NCBI RefSeq assembly: GCF_003334405.1
Contig: NZ_QOWM01000005.1
Direction: 5' to 3' (one strand)
Length of the DNA: 64,000 nt
Source of the DNA: Escherichia coli
GTDB taxonomy: Bacteria; Pseudomonadota; Gammaproteobacteria; Enterobacterales; Enterobacteriaceae
In this document: piece after piece, positions 47,507 to 62,442 of the stretch
Position numbering within the stretch: position 1 is the stretch's first letter
Layout of the letters: each line of letters begins with the position of its first letter
Translations under genes and position numbers: made by a program
The notes under the pieces: generated by a model
What the model saw: the letters and a program-made list of their open reading frames with translations, nothing else
What the model was told of the DNA's origin: nothing
Databases searched by the model: none

Positions 47507-48511
47507 TTAACGCGTTGCGGAAGTCGGCGTCTTCATGTAGCGGAAGAAATCGCTATCCGGGCTCATGACCATCACGTCCTGATTGCCAGAGAAGCTGTTC
47601 TCATAAGCACGCAGGCTACGGATGAATGCGTAGAAGTCCGGATCTTTACTGAATGCATCAGCAAACAGTTTGGCTGCTTCGGCATCGCCTTCACCACGCA
47701 TGATGCGGCCCTGACGCTCAGCTTCTGCCAGCGTTCTGGTCACTTCATAGTCGGCAGTCGCGCGCAGTTTTTCCGCTTCTTCCTGACCTTGTGAACGGTG
47801 ACGACGCGCTACCGCTTCACGCTCGGCGCGCATACGGTTGTAGATCGCTTCAGACACTTCGGTCGGCAGGTTGATCTGCTTGATACGCACATCGACAACT
47901 TCAATACCCAGCGCCGCCATACTGTTCGGGTTGATGACCGGAACTTTGCCCTTCGTCTCAGCCGTTACGCGCTCTGCCGCTTCGGCAATGGCGTTATCTG
48001 CCGCCGGGGTAGTAACTTCATCTTCTGTACCCGCAGAACCGGAGTTCAGCGCGTCACGTACTTCGAGGGTCAGACGACCACGGGAATCGGTGACGATATC
48101 TTTCACGTCCAGGCGACCAATTTCAGAACGCAGACGGTCAGAGAACTTACGTTTCAACAGCACTTCCGCTTGCGAAATGTCGCCACCACCCGTTGCCAGG
48201 TAGTAACGGCTGAAATCGCTGATGCGCCATTTGATGTAAGAGTCGACGATCAGGTCTTTCTTCTCTTTGGTCACAAAGCGGTCGGCCTGGTTGTCCATGG
48301 TCTGAATACGTGCGTCGAGCATTTTCACCGTTTCAATGAACGGTATCTTGAAATGCAGACCCGGCTCATAAACCAGAGGTTTGTTGTCATCGTCACGCAG
48401 TACCTTACCAAAACGCAGCGTAATACCGCGCTCACCTTCTTTGACGACAAAGACAGACATGTAAAGCACTACCAGCACGATGATGATAATCGCGATAACT
48501 GACTTACGCAT
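47507..48511 (-). CDS. hflC: HflC, modulator of FtsH protease (SPFH family)
   Basis: 334-aa ORF MRKSVIAIIIIVLVVLYMSVFVVKEGERGITLRFGKV... Confidence 0.95.
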   Translation of the reverse strand: MRKSVIAIIIIVLVVLYMSVFVVKEGERGITLRFGKVLRDDDNKPLVYEPGLHFKIPFIETVKMLDARIQTMDNQADRFVTKEKKDLIVDSYIKWRISDFSRYYLATGGGDISQAEVLLKRKFSDRLRSEIGRLDVKDIVTDSRGRLTLEVRDALNSGSAGTEDEVTTPAADNAIAEAAERVTAETKGKVPVINPNSMAALGIEVVDVRIKQINLPTEVSEAIYNRMRAEREAVARRHRSQGQEEAEKLRATADYEVTRTLAEAERQGRIMRGEGDAEAAKLFADAFSKDPDFYAFIRSLRAYENSFSGNQDVMVMSPDSDFFRYMKTPTSATR

Positions 48512-48513
48512 CG

Positions 48514-49773
48514 TTATTCCCCCTGACGCTGGTAGTCGTTACGCTGCGCGTTGGCGCGGCGTTGGTCCATAATATCGCCCTGACTGGTGGACGACGTGTT
48601 GCTTGCTCCACTGGTTGTGGAGGAAGAGGCTGGCGGCAGACGCAGCAGATTGCTGGCACCGTTATCGCTCTTCGCCGCAGGGGCGTTACCACCTTTCAGC
48701 ATCTGGTCTAACGGCAGAACCATCAGGTTGCCACCTTTATCGTTAACCAGCACTTTGCGGGTGTTACCCAACACTTTTTCCATCGTCTCGATATACAGAC
48801 GCTCGCGAGTAATTTCCGGCGCGGCTTTATATTCCGGCAGAAGTTTAGCAAAGCGCGCCACTTCACCCTGAGCTTCCAGGATGGTCTGGGCCTTGTACGC
48901 ACGCGCCTCTTCGAGGATACGTTGCGCCTGACCGTTCGCACGCGGCTGAACTTCGTTGGTATACGCTTCTGCTTCACGAATGTATTGCTGTTCGTTTTCA
49001 CGCGCGGCAATCGCATCGTCAAACGCCGCTTTTACTTCTTCCGGCGGACGAGCAGCCTGGAAGTTGACGTCCAGCAGCGTGATACCCATGTCATACGGAC
49101 GAATCGTCTCTTCCAGTTCGCGCTGAGTATCGCTACGAATCACGGTACGACCTTCCGTCAGAATGCGGTCCATGGTGTATTTACCGATAACTCCACGCAG
49201 GGCGCTGTCGGTAGCCTGACGCAGGCTGTCATCCGGGCTGGTCACGCTATACAGATATTTTTCCGGATTGGTGACGCGGTACTGCACGTTCATCTCAACG
49301 CGCACTACGTTCTCGTCCGACGTCAGCATCACACCAGAAGCGGCCAGTTCACGCACGGCTTCCACGTTCACCGGTTTGACTTCGTCGATAAACGTCGGTT
49401 TCCAGTTCAGACCCGGCTCAACCAGATGGCTGAATTTACCAAAGCGTGTTACCACGCCGCGTTCGGCTTCTTTAATGGTATAGAAACCACTGGCCGCCCA
49501 GATAATGACAATCGCTGCCGCTGCGATGGTAACGACACGACCGCCAAGCTGCGGGCGCGGGCCTTGCGATGAACTGCCACCGCCAGATCCGGTGCCTTTA
49601 CCGCCGCCCAGACCACCGAGCTTTTTGCTCAGTTTGCGGAAGATATCATCTAAATCAGGTGGCCCTTGATCGCGACCGCCTTTGTTTCCATTTCCCTCAG
49701 AGTTGCCGCCAGGTTTGCTGCTTCCCCACGGGTCGCGGTCTTGTCCGTTATTACCGGGCTGATTCCACGCCAT
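48514..49773 (-). CDS. hflK: HflK, modulator of FtsH protease (SPFH family)
   Basis: 419-aa ORF MAWNQPGNNGQDRDPWGSSKPGGNSEGNGNKGG...; 2 nt upstream of hflC. Confidence 0.95.
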   Translation of the reverse strand: MAWNQPGNNGQDRDPWGSSKPGGNSEGNGNKGGRDQGPPDLDDIFRKLSKKLGGLGGGKGTGSGGGSSSQGPRPQLGGRVVTIAAAAIVIIWAASGFYTIKEAERGVVTRFGKFSHLVEPGLNWKPTFIDEVKPVNVEAVRELAASGVMLTSDENVVRVEMNVQYRVTNPEKYLYSVTSPDDSLRQATDSALRGVIGKYTMDRILTEGRTVIRSDTQRELEETIRPYDMGITLLDVNFQAARPPEEVKAAFDDAIAARENEQQYIREAEAYTNEVQPRANGQAQRILEEARAYKAQTILEAQGEVARFAKLLPEYKAAPEITRERLYIETMEKVLGNTRKVLVNDKGGNLMVLPLDQMLKGGNAPAAKSDNGASNLLRLPPASSSTTSGASNTSSTSQGDIMDQRRANAQRNDYQRQGE

Positions 49774-49858
49774 GTTTGTGCTCCATATTTGTTATGCGGT
49801 GATCCCTGTTGTCTTTCGACGCCAGAGGATATGACTCCACGCTTCAGACGCTACGCCG

Positions 49859-51139
49859 TTAGATCAGGTAATCGATCAACGCCGGTTCTTGTTTACAGAG
49901 GCGACGCCAGTCAACGATCGGCATACGAACTTGCAGACTTACGCTGCCGTCCTCCTCCATCCACTCTTTTTCTATTGCCTGAAGCTGATAAAAACGACTT
50001 CTCAGACGCCCTTCCTGCGGTGGCAGACGCAATGTATGCTGCGCCACCTCGCCGGAAAGCCGCTCCGTCAAAGCCTGAAAAAGCTGTGGTATCCCCGCTC
50101 CGGTCTGTGCGGAAAGCCAGACACGGATCGGTTTGTTCTCTTCGTCCCGATCAATACGCGGTTCGAAATCTTCCAGCATATCGATCTTGTTCATCACCAG
50201 CAGGGTTGGGATCTCGTGAGCGTCGATCTCTTCAAGAACCGTATTCACCGCTTCGATGTTTTCTTGTACACGCACATCCGCCGCATCAATGACGTGCAGC
50301 AGTAATGTGGCTTGCCGCGTCTCTTGTAACGTGGCTTTAAATGCCGCCACCAGATCGTGCGGCAGGTGGCGAATAAACCCTACGGTATCTGCAAGTACGG
50401 TTTCACCGACATCTGCAACGTCAATACGCCGCAACGTCGGGTCGAGGGTGGCAAACAACTGGTCTGCCGCGTAGACCCGCGCTTCGGTGATGCGATTGAA
50501 AAGGGTAGATTTACCGGCGTTGGTATATCCCACCAGCGAAACAGTAGGAACGTCGGCTTTGATACGCGATTGCCGCCCCTGCTCACGCTGCTTTTCAACT
50601 CTTTCCAGGCGCGACTGTATCTGCACGATGCGATTACGCAACAAACGACGGTCGGTTTCGAGCTGGGTTTCACCCGGACCACGCAAACCTATCCCGCCTT
50701 TCTGTCTTTCAAGGTGGGTCCAGCCACGCACCAGGCGCGTAGCCAGATGGCGCAGCTGCGCCAGCTCAACCTGCAACTTACCCTCATGGGTACGCGCACG
50801 TTGGGCGAAAATATCTAAAATAAGGCCGGTGCGGTCGATAACACGACACTCGCACAAACGCTCCAGGTTACGCTCTTGCGCCGGGCTCAGGGCATGGTCA
50901 AAAAGAACGACCGAAGCACCCGTCGCTTTGACAGCTTCCGCAATTTCAACTGCTTTACCTTCACCTACAAAATACTTTGGGTGCGGCGCTTTACGGCTAC
51001 CGGTAATCACCTGCAATGCTTCGACACCGGCGGAAGAGACCAGAGATTCAAACTCCTGGAGGTCTTCCATATCTTTGTCTTGCGTAAAATAGATGTGTAC
51101 CAGTACCGCCTGCTCACCAGCATCATAACGGTCAAACAA
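49859..51139 (-). CDS. hflX: GTPase HflX
   Basis: 426-aa [33 protein letters not shown]...; G1 motif GYTNAGKST. Confidence 0.95.
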   Translation of the reverse strand: MFDRYDAGEQAVLVHIYFTQDKDMEDLQEFESLVSSAGVEALQVITGSRKAPHPKYFVGEGKAVEIAEAVKATGASVVLFDHALSPAQERNLERLCECRVIDRTGLILDIFAQRARTHEGKLQVELAQLRHLATRLVRGWTHLERQKGGIGLRGPGETQLETDRRLLRNRIVQIQSRLERVEKQREQGRQSRIKADVPTVSLVGYTNAGKSTLFNRITEARVYAADQLFATLDPTLRRIDVADVGETVLADTVGFIRHLPHDLVAAFKATLQETRQATLLLHVIDAADVRVQENIEAVNTVLEEIDAHEIPTLLVMNKIDMLEDFEPRIDRDEENKPIRVWLSAQTGAGIPQLFQALTERLSGEVAQHTLRLPPQEGRLRSRFYQLQAIEKEWMEEDGSVSLQVRMPIVDWRRLCKQEPALIDYLI

Positions 51140-51214
51140 GCGTATAACCCTCTAAATAGATCAGCGGGGAACGCAGGATCGCTGGCTCCCCGTGTAAAAA
51201 AACAGCCCGAAACC

Positions 51215-51535
<321 letters not shown>

Positions 51536-51608
51536 TTATATGCTTATTTGTACTTTGAACCTTTCGATTCTGAAAAAATTGCGCACGATACGTCTCAATT
51601 GTACACAT

Positions 51609-52559
51609 TCAGCCTGCGATAGCACCAACAACCTGTAATACTTCGTCACGCGCCTGTTCTGGTTTTTCACTGTCAAGCCAGTGAACCCCTTCCCAACCAC
51701 GCAGCCAGGTTATCTGCCGCTTCGCCAACTGTCTCGTGGCGCAAACACCTCGATAAACCATTTCATCGTATGAGATTTCGCCTTCAAGGTAAGACCACAT
51801 CTGGCGATAACCCACGCAACGAATGGAAGGCAAGTCCGTATGCAAATCTCCTCGGGCAAAAAGCGCCCGGACTTCTGCTTCAAAACCTGAAGCCAACATC
51901 TGATGAAAACGCTGCTCAATGCGTTGATGGAGCAGTTCACGGCTCGCCGGGGCGATGGCGAACTGATGCACCTGATACGGTAGAGCGTCTCCTGACGTTT
52001 GCGTCAGTTCCGTTAAAGTTTTACCCGAAATGAAAAAAACTTCCAGTGCCCGGGAAAGCCTTTGTGGATCATTTGGATGAATCCTTGCTGCCGCAACCGG
52101 ATCTACCTCCTGAAGTTGACGATGCAATGACTCCCAACCTTGCTCTGCCGCCTGTTGCTCAATTCTGGCCCGTACTTCCGGGTCTGCCGACGGTAGCGGC
52201 GACAACCCTTCCAGCAATGCCTTGAAATACAACATCGTACCGCCCACTAACAGTGGGATCCGCCCCGCCGCGGTGATATCGGCCATTTCCGCCAGCGCAT
52301 CGCGGCGAAAATCAGCAGCCGAGTAAGCCTGCGACGGATCGCGAATATCCAGCAATCGGTGCGGCGCGGCGAGTAACTCTTCAGCGTTCGGCTTCGCCGT
52401 CCCGATATCCATCCCTTTGTAAATAAGGGCAGAATCAACGCTTATCAACTCTACTGGTAAAATTTTACGCAGCTCAATGGCTAACGCCGTTTTACCGGAG
52501 GCCGTCGGCCCCATCAAAAAAATCGCCTTAGGCAGGCTCGCCTTACTGATATCACTCAT
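51609..52559 (-). CDS. miaA: tRNA dimethylallyltransferase MiaA
   Basis: 316-aa [35 protein letters not shown]... (P-loop); start overlaps the mutL 3' end. Confidence 0.95.
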
Positions 52560-54399
52560 CTTTCAGGGCTTTTATCGCCGGATGTAAATCAACAGATTGT
52601 AACAGACCACCCGGCGGCGTTTTCACAAGTTGCGGACATAACCGTTCCACGTCCGCCAGCAGGGTTATGGCCTGTGCCATTGACCACTGCGCATGTTCGC
52701 TCATCAGATTTCGTGCAATCCACTGCGCAATATTGCCAGGTTCGAATACGGACTGCTTCGCCAGGTAGCCTATCAGTTCAGGAATCAAGATTTGTAAATT
52801 TTGTTGGCGTAAGGGTAAAGGCACTGCCCTGATGGTCACATGCTGTGCATCTGACTGGAAATCAATACCCAATTCCGCTAGGGCAGACTGCGCTTTTTCT
52901 AATGCCGATTTTTCTTCGGCAGAAACTTTTAGCCGCAACGGAATCAGCAGCGGCTGGGCGCAAACGGGCGCTTCACCCGGCGTCAATTGTGCCTGACGCA
53001 GCCAACGTTCTGCCACTGGCAAGGATAAAAGTGAAATGTTGCCGTCGCGCTCCAGCAACGCACAGTCGGAATGGACGATAGTCAGTACCCGACCAAAACT
53101 CTGACTGTTCGCCGCAAGTGCAGGTTCCTGCGGTTCCGGCGCTTTTAATTTTTGCATCGGCGCGGGCGTTTGCAAAAGCTGGCGATACACTTCACCTTGC
53201 TGTTTCTGGTAGCCTGGCTGCGCATTCGGCCAGGGGGCAGCCGGACGACTGCCTGATGCTGGCGCAGGAGTGTAGCGCGGAGCTACCGGCTCACGAGCTG
53301 CCGGTTCTGCAAAGTGATTGCGCCCCGCCGCCACGCGGTTTTCCGGAATGGAACGCGGTGCAGGTTGGGGTTCATCGTCCAGCGGTAGCGGCGTTTCCAG
53401 TTGCTGTTGTAGCACGCTCAGCACGCCCTGATAGATAAAATCATGCACCAGACGCGACTGATGGAAACGCACTTCGTGTTTGGCGGGGTGCACGTTGACG
53501 TCCACCTGATGTGGGTCGATCTCCAGATACAACACAAATGCCGGTTGCTGATCGGCCCCCAGTTTGTCTTCGCAGGCCTGGCGGATCGCGTGATTGATCA
53601 GGCGATCGCGCATCATGCGACCGTTCACGTAGCAATACTGAATTTCTGCCAGTGCGGGCGTGGTGTGATTTGGATCGGCCACCCAGCCGCGTAGCGTGAG
53701 ATCGCCGTGTTGCCATTCAATCGCCAGCGCTTGTTCAAGAAAAGCGGTGCCGCAAATCGCGCCTAAGCGCCGTTCTTTTTGCCCGCCTTCCGGCACTGCG
53801 CGGTACTGACGCACAATTTTACCGTTATGCGACAGGTTGATCGTGACGTCGAAACGCGCCAGCGCAATGCGGCGGATGATCTCATCAATGTGGTTAAATT
53901 CGGTTTTCTCGGTGCGCAGGAATTTGCGCCGCGCCGGGGTGTTGTAGAACAGATCCAGCACCTCCAGCGTCGTCCCCACAGGATGCGCCGCCGGTTTTAC
54001 CGTCACGTTCATATCGCGCCCTTCGGCATAGGCCTGCCAGGCTTCCTGCTGTTCTGCGGTGCGTGAAGTGAGCGTCAGGCGGGAAACCGAACTGATACTC
54101 GCCAGCGCCTCACCGCGAAAGCCCAGGCTGATAATGGCTTCGAGATCGTCCAGAGAGGCGATTTTACTGGTGGCATGACGAGCCAGCGCCAGCGCCAGCT
54201 CATCTTTTTTGATACCGCAGCCGTTATCACGAATGCGGATAAGTTTCGCCCCACCGCGTTCGATATCAATATCGATACGCGTCGCACCTGCATCGAGGCT
54301 GTTTTCCACTAGTTCTTTGACTACCGACGCAGGTCGCTCGACCACCTCACCTGCGGCAATCTGGTTCGCCAGTTGTGGCGGTAAGACCTGAATTGGCAT
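52552..54399 (-). CDS. mutL: DNA mismatch repair protein MutL
   Basis: ATG (54399-54397) gives [38 protein letters not shown], 615 aa as recalled; track ORF begins one codon upstream at TTG. Confidence 0.95.
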
Positions 54400-54408
54400 C
54401 AATCGTCC

Positions 54409-55746
54409 TTAGTTTGGCAGCGTGCGATCTGGCGTCGTCACCGTACTGGCAGTTTGTGCCGTTGCACCCTGCGGCGCAGATTGCATCGGATGCGCAAGGA
54501 AGTAATTGCGCAGGCCTTTGTAAATGGCTTCTGCCAGCTGTTGTTGGTAATCGTCGCTCGCCAGCAAACGTTCTTCGCTGTTGTTGCTGATAAAACCGGT
54601 TTCGACCAGTACTGATGGGATATCCGGCGAGCGCAGAACGCCAAGGCTGGCGTGTTCTGGTCGACGTTTATGTATTTCGCCAATGCGTTGCAACTGACTG
54701 ATCATACTGGTCGCTACATCATACCCTACCCGCTGGGAATGACCGAACTGTAAATCCAGCACCGCCTGGCTTAAATAGGGGTCAGACTGACTGTTCGCCA
54801 GCACATCACCCGCCCCACCCAGCAGCTCCGACTGTTTCTCGTGCTGCTCCAGCCAGCTGGCCATTTCACTGTTGGCGCGACGGTTAGAGAGCACCCATAC
54901 GGAAGCGCCAGTCGCACTGCGGTTCGGTGCGGCATCAGCGTGAATCGACACGAGGAAATTGGCGTTTTGCTTACGTGCCACATCACTGCGCCCCATCACC
55001 GAGATAAAGTAATCCCCGTCACGGGTTAAAACGCCTTTAAACATCGGATCGTCATTGAGCAAAGTACGCAATTTACGCGCGATGGCGATGGTGACATTTT
55101 TCTCCCGCGTACCACCGGGGCCGATAGCGCCAGGGTCCTGACCGCCGTGTCCGGCATCAATAGCGATGATAATTTTATCGCCAGTGTTAGCCGTCGCGCG
55201 CGCTGCCGGACGCGTTACCGTATTACTGCTGATAACACCCGTAGTGCGGTTACTTTCCGTTTTAAACGGATTGCGCGCCGGTTCGCTGACGCGCGGTGCG
55301 ACAACCGCAGGCGTTTCAACGCGTTTCGCAACCACGGGCGGCGGAGGAGGCGGTGGCGGCACATCGGCGTTAATCGTAAAGACGACAGTGTAATTGCTGC
55401 CATTCTGCCGCTTCACCGCTTCGGTTTTACCGTTTTCGGTAAGATCGACCACCAGCCGTAGCGTTTGTGCATCTTTAGGCGTTCCAGAGCGAATCGCCTT
55501 CACCAGATTATTGCCGCTGAACAACAACGGCAGTCCCTGAATCACGCCCGTTTGTTTGATATCGAGCGCCACGGTGCGTTTGCTTTGATGGCTAAACGCA
55601 TAATCAGGATCGCCAATAAAACTCAACGTTATCCGCGCCTGTTGATTACCGTTAGAAACCTGAATATCAGAGAGCGTCGCGGCACCCACCGGCGTGCACA
55701 GCAGCAGCAGCGTCGCTACCAACCAATTTCTGATGCGATACATCAT
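54409..55746 (-). CDS. amiB: N-acetylmuramoyl-L-alanine amidase AmiB
   Basis: ATG (55746-55744) with AAGGTGG upstream gives [23 protein letters not shown], 445 aa as recalled; contains a poly-Pro linker. Confidence 0.93.
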
Positions 55747-55764
55747 CCCGCCACCTTTCAAAGG

Positions 55765-57743
<1,979 letters not shown>

Positions 57744-57745
<2 letters not shown>

Positions 57746-58883
57746 GTCAGAGCCCCTCGATCTCAATCAGTTAGCGCAAAAAATTAAACAGTGGGGGCTG
57801 GAACTGGGCTTTCAGCAGGTAGGTATTACCGATACCGATCTCAGCGAGTCCGAGCCCAAACTGCAAGCATGGCTGGACAAACAATACCACGGCGAAATGG
57901 ACTGGATGGCACGTCACGGTATGCTGCGCGCTCGCCCTCATGAGTTATTGCCCGGTACGCTGCGCGTGATCAGCGTGCGGATGAATTACCTTCCTGCTAA
58001 CGCCGCATTTGCCAGCACGCTGAAAAACCCCAAACTCGGCTATGTTAGCCGTTATGCGCTGGGCCGTGACTATCACAAACTTCTGCGCAACCGACTCAAA
58101 AAGCTGGGCGAGATGATTCAGCAACATTGTGTTTCGCTGAATTTTAGACCGTTTGTCGATTCTGCGCCTATTCTCGAGCGCCCGTTAGCTGAAAAAGCTG
58201 GGCTCGGCTGGACAGGTAAGCACTCACTTATCCTCAATCGCGAGGCCGGTTCGTTCTTCTTTTTAGGCGAATTGCTGGTCGATATTCCGCTGCCCGTGGA
58301 TCAACCAGTCGAGGAAGGATGCGGCAAATGCGTGGCCTGTATGACGATTTGCCCGACCGGTGCCATCGTCGAGCCATATACCGTCGATGCTCGCCGCTGT
58401 ATCTCTTATCTCACCATCGAACTTGAAGGGGCGATCCCGGAAGAGTTGCGACCGTTAATGGGAAACCGTATTTACGGTTGCGATGACTGCCAGCTTATCT
58501 GCCCGTGGAATCGCTATTCACAACTCACCACAGAAGAGGATTTCAGCCCGCGTAAGCCGCTACACGCACCGGAACTCATTGAGTTATTCGCCTGGAGCGA
58601 AGAGAAGTTTTTAAAAGTCACGGAAGGATCGGCGATTCGTCGTATTGGTCACCTGCGTTGGCTGCGTAATATCGCCGTAGCATTAGGCAATGCCCCTTGG
58701 GATGAAACGATTTTGACAGCGCTGGAAAGTCGTAAAGGTGAGCACCCACTTCTCGATGAGCACATAGCGTGGGCGATTGCGCAGCAAATAGAGAGACGAA
58801 ATGCGTGCATAGTCGAAGTGCAATTGCCGAAAAAACAGCGTCTGGTTCGGGTGATTGAAAAAGGGTTACCGCGTGACGCCTGA
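57744..58883 (+). CDS. queG: Epoxyqueuosine reductase QueG (YjeS)
   Basis: Track ORF from 57636; ATG 57744 gives MSEPLDLNQLAQKIKQWGLELGF, 379 aa as recalled; Cys-rich 4Fe-4S motifs (CGKCVACMTICP, CDDCQLICP). Confidence 0.9.
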
Positions 58884-59152
58884 TTCATCCACAGCTTGTG
58901 AATAAAAATAAAAACGCATTGCAATTCAAGACGAATAAAATCGTCAAGTGATCGACTCGACAAAACGGAATCTTAATTTTTAACTTATCTATCAATAGGT
59001 TAAAAAAATACTATTCACCGTGCGAAGTTTCTTTGAAATTAAGATTACAGCCTGAGGCTGTGGATAACTCTGTTTACAAGAGTTTGTCAGAGACAACAAA
59101 AACCAGCAATAACGCATCGCGTCGCTGTGGATATTTTATTGAGAGAAGAATT

Positions 59153-59228
<76 letters not shown>

Positions 59229-59264
59229 TTGGGTGGTCTGTGCTTTGCAGCACTTTTCAAATTT

Positions 59265-59340
<76 letters not shown>

Positions 59341-59376
59341 TTGGGTGGTCTGTGCTTTGCAGCACTTTTCAAATTT

Positions 59377-59452
<76 letters not shown>

Positions 59453-59508
59453 GTACTACTTAATTTTGCTTTCGTAATTTTCGCATTTCTGCGTCGTTAC
59501 GGGAGGCG

Positions 59509-59536
59509 CATTATACGAGAAATCTTTCCCTCTGCA
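59509..59536 (-). promoter_or_regulatory. Predicted sigma-70 promoter of the tRNA-Gly operon
   Basis: Minus strand reads TTGCAG (-35) - 16 bp - TATAAT (-10) - GCGCC discriminator, with an A/T-rich block upstream (59537-59570) resembling an UP element. Confidence 0.65.
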
Positions 59537-59663
59537 ACCCCCCCAAAAAAGTTTTTTTTGCGTTTTTATCTCAAGTGCTGAAATTATCAGCAAGACGTTC
59601 AATTTAGCGTCAAAATCACGCCGCCGCAAGTGGATTCCGGCGCTTACGTGACCAGGAAAAATT

Positions 59664-60209
59664 TTACAGCTTGATAAAATGCTCGCGGTAGTAAGCCAGC
59701 TCCGCCACCGATTCACGGATATCATCCATCGCCTGATGCGTCCCCTGCTTGGTAAAACCATCCAGAATTTCCGGCTTCCAGCGGCGCGCCAGCTCTTTCA
59801 GGGTGCTGACATCGAGATAACGGTAGTGGAAGTAGGCTTCCAGCTCCGGCATGTATTTAAACAGGAAACGACGGTCCTGACCGATGCTGTTACCGCAAAT
59901 CGGCGATTTTCCCGCAGGCACCCACTGTTTTAAAAATTCGAGCGTTGCCAGTTCAGCTTCCCGATCGCCCATCGTGCTCGCTTTCACGCGCTCTACCAGC
60001 CCGCTGGCGGTATGGGTGCGCACGTTCCAGTCATCCATCAGCGCCAGCTGTTCATCAGACTGGTGTACTGCAATGGTCGGCCCTTCTGCCAGAATATTCA
60101 GGTTGGCATCGGTCACCAGCGTGGCAATCTCAATAATGCGATCGCGCTCGGGATCCAGACCGGTCATCTCAAGATCGATCCAAATCAGGTTGTTTTCATT
60201 GGCACTCAT
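59664..60209 (-). CDS. orn: Oligoribonuclease Orn
   Basis: Track ORF to 60353; ATG (60209-60207) gives [27 protein letters not shown], 181 aa as recalled. Confidence 0.93.
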
Positions 60210-60303
60210 GCTATTTTCCACCCATTCACAGTGACTATATTGATCCACAATTGCGTGTATCATAGATGTTTTGCCCATCAGGGGCGACCAGGAGTCTGTA
60301 CGA

Positions 60304-61356
60304 TTGAGTAAAAATAAACTCTCCAAAGGCCAGCAGCGCCGCGTGAACGCCAATCACCAGCGTCGTCTTAAAACGTCTAAGGAGAAGCCCGACTACGACG
60401 ACAATCTGTTTGGCGAGCCTGATGAAGGTATCGTCATCAGCCGCTTTGGTATGCACGCTGATGTGGAATCCGCCGATGGCGACGTTCACCGCTGCAATAT
60501 TCGCCGTACCATCCGTTCGCTGGTAACCGGCGACCGCGTAGTCTGGCGTCCGGGTAAACCGGCGGCGGAAGGCGTAAATGTCAAAGGGATCGTGGAAGCG
60601 GTGCATGAGCGTACCTCGGTGTTGACGCGTCCGGATTTCTACGACGGCGTAAAACCTATTGCCGCCAACATCGACCAGATTGTCATTGTCTCCGCCATTT
60701 TGCCGGAGCTGTCGCTCAATATTATCGACCGTTACCTGGTGGCCTGCGAAACCTTGCAGATTGAGCCGATTATTGTGCTCAACAAGATAGACCTGCTGGA
60801 CGACGAAGGCATGGCGTTCGTCAACGAGCAGATGGATATCTACCGCAATATCGGTTATCGCGTATTGATGGTTTCCAGCCATACTCAGGATGGGCTAAAA
60901 CCGCTGGAAGAGGCGTTGACCGGGCGCATCAGCATTTTTGCCGGGCAGTCTGGCGTCGGCAAATCCAGCCTGCTGAATGCGTTGCTGGGGCTGCAAAAAG
61001 AGATCCTGACCAACGATATCTCTGACAACTCGGGGCTCGGTCAGCACACCACGACCGCCGCTCGGCTGTATCACTTCCCGCACGGCGGTGATGTGATTGA
61101 CTCCCCAGGAGTGCGTGAGTTCGGCCTCTGGCACCTGGAGCCGGAACAAATCACTCAGGGCTTTGTCGAATTCCATGACTATTTAGGTCTGTGTAAATAT
61201 CGCGATTGCAAACACGATACCGATCCGGGCTGCGCTATCCGGGAAGCGGTTGAGGAAGGGAAAATCGCGGAAACCCGTTTCGAAAACTATCACCGTATTC
61301 TGGAAAGCATGGCGCAGGTAAAAACGCGTAAAAACTTTTCTGATACGGATGACTGA
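60304..61356 (+). CDS. rsgA: Small ribosomal subunit biogenesis GTPase RsgA (YjeQ)
   Basis: Track ORF from 60271; TTG at 60304 with AGGAG 9 nt upstream gives (M)[20 protein letters not shown], 350 aa as recalled; G motifs and C-terminal zinc-finger cysteines. Confidence 0.9.
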
Positions 61357-61452
61357 CAATTAAGCTAACCGTCGTTAGAATCGTCCCCTTTTTTTCAGGA
61401 TCCGGCATGTAGGCCGGATCAGGAACGACAAAACAATGGCCTGGAGGCTACC

Positions 61453-62421
61453 TTGTTAAATTCATTTAAACTTTCGCTACAGTACATTCTGCCGAAACTA
61501 TGGCTTACTCGCCTGGCGGGTTGGGGCGCAAGCAAGCGGGCAGGATGGCTGACAAAACTGGTTATCGATCTGTTCGTTAAATACTACAAGGTCGACATGA
61601 AAGAGGCGCAAAAGCCGGACACCGCCAGCTACCGCACCTTTAACGAATTCTTTGTCCGTCCGCTGCGTGACGAAGTACGCCCAATCGATACCGATCCGAA
61701 TGTACTGGTCATGCCTGCCGATGGCGTTATCAGCCAGTTGGGTAAAATCGAAGAAGATAAAATCCTGCAAGCCAAAGGCCACAACTACAGCCTCGAAGCC
61801 CTGCTGGCAGGCAACTATCTGATGGCGGACCTGTTCCGCAACGGTACGTTTGTGACCACTTACCTCTCCCCGCGTGACTACCACCGCGTACACATGCCGT
61901 GCAACGGTATTCTGCGTGAGATGATCTACGTGCCGGGCGATCTCTTCTCCGTTAACCATCTCACGGCTCAGAACGTGCCGAATCTGTTTGCCCGTAACGA
62001 ACGCGTGATTTGCCTTTTCGATACCGAATTTGGCCCAATGGCGCAGATTCTGGTCGGAGCGACGATTGTTGGCAGCATTGAGACGGTCTGGGCGGGCACC
62101 ATTACGCCGCCGCGCGAAGGTATCATCAAGCGCTGGACCTGGCCTGCCGGGGAAAACGACGGTTCTGTGGCACTGCTGAAAGGCCAGGAAATGGGTCGCT
62201 TTAAACTCGGTTCCACCGTTATCAACCTGTTTGCACCGGGTAAAGTGAATCTGGTTGAGCAACTGGAAAGCCTGTCTGTCACGAAAATTGGCCAGCCGCT
62301 GGCAGTATCTACCGAAACCTTTGTTACGCCAGACGCTGAACCTGCCCCGCTTCCTGCTGAAGAGATCGAAGCAGAACACGACGCCAGCCCATTGGTTGAC
62401 GACAAAAAAGACCAGGTCTAA
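61453..62421 (+). CDS. psd: Phosphatidylserine decarboxylase proenzyme Psd
   Basis: 322-aa [35 protein letters not shown]... starting at TTG 61453 with GGAGG upstream. Confidence 0.93.
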
Positions 62422-62442
62422 TCCATCAAAGGAAACGCTGAC

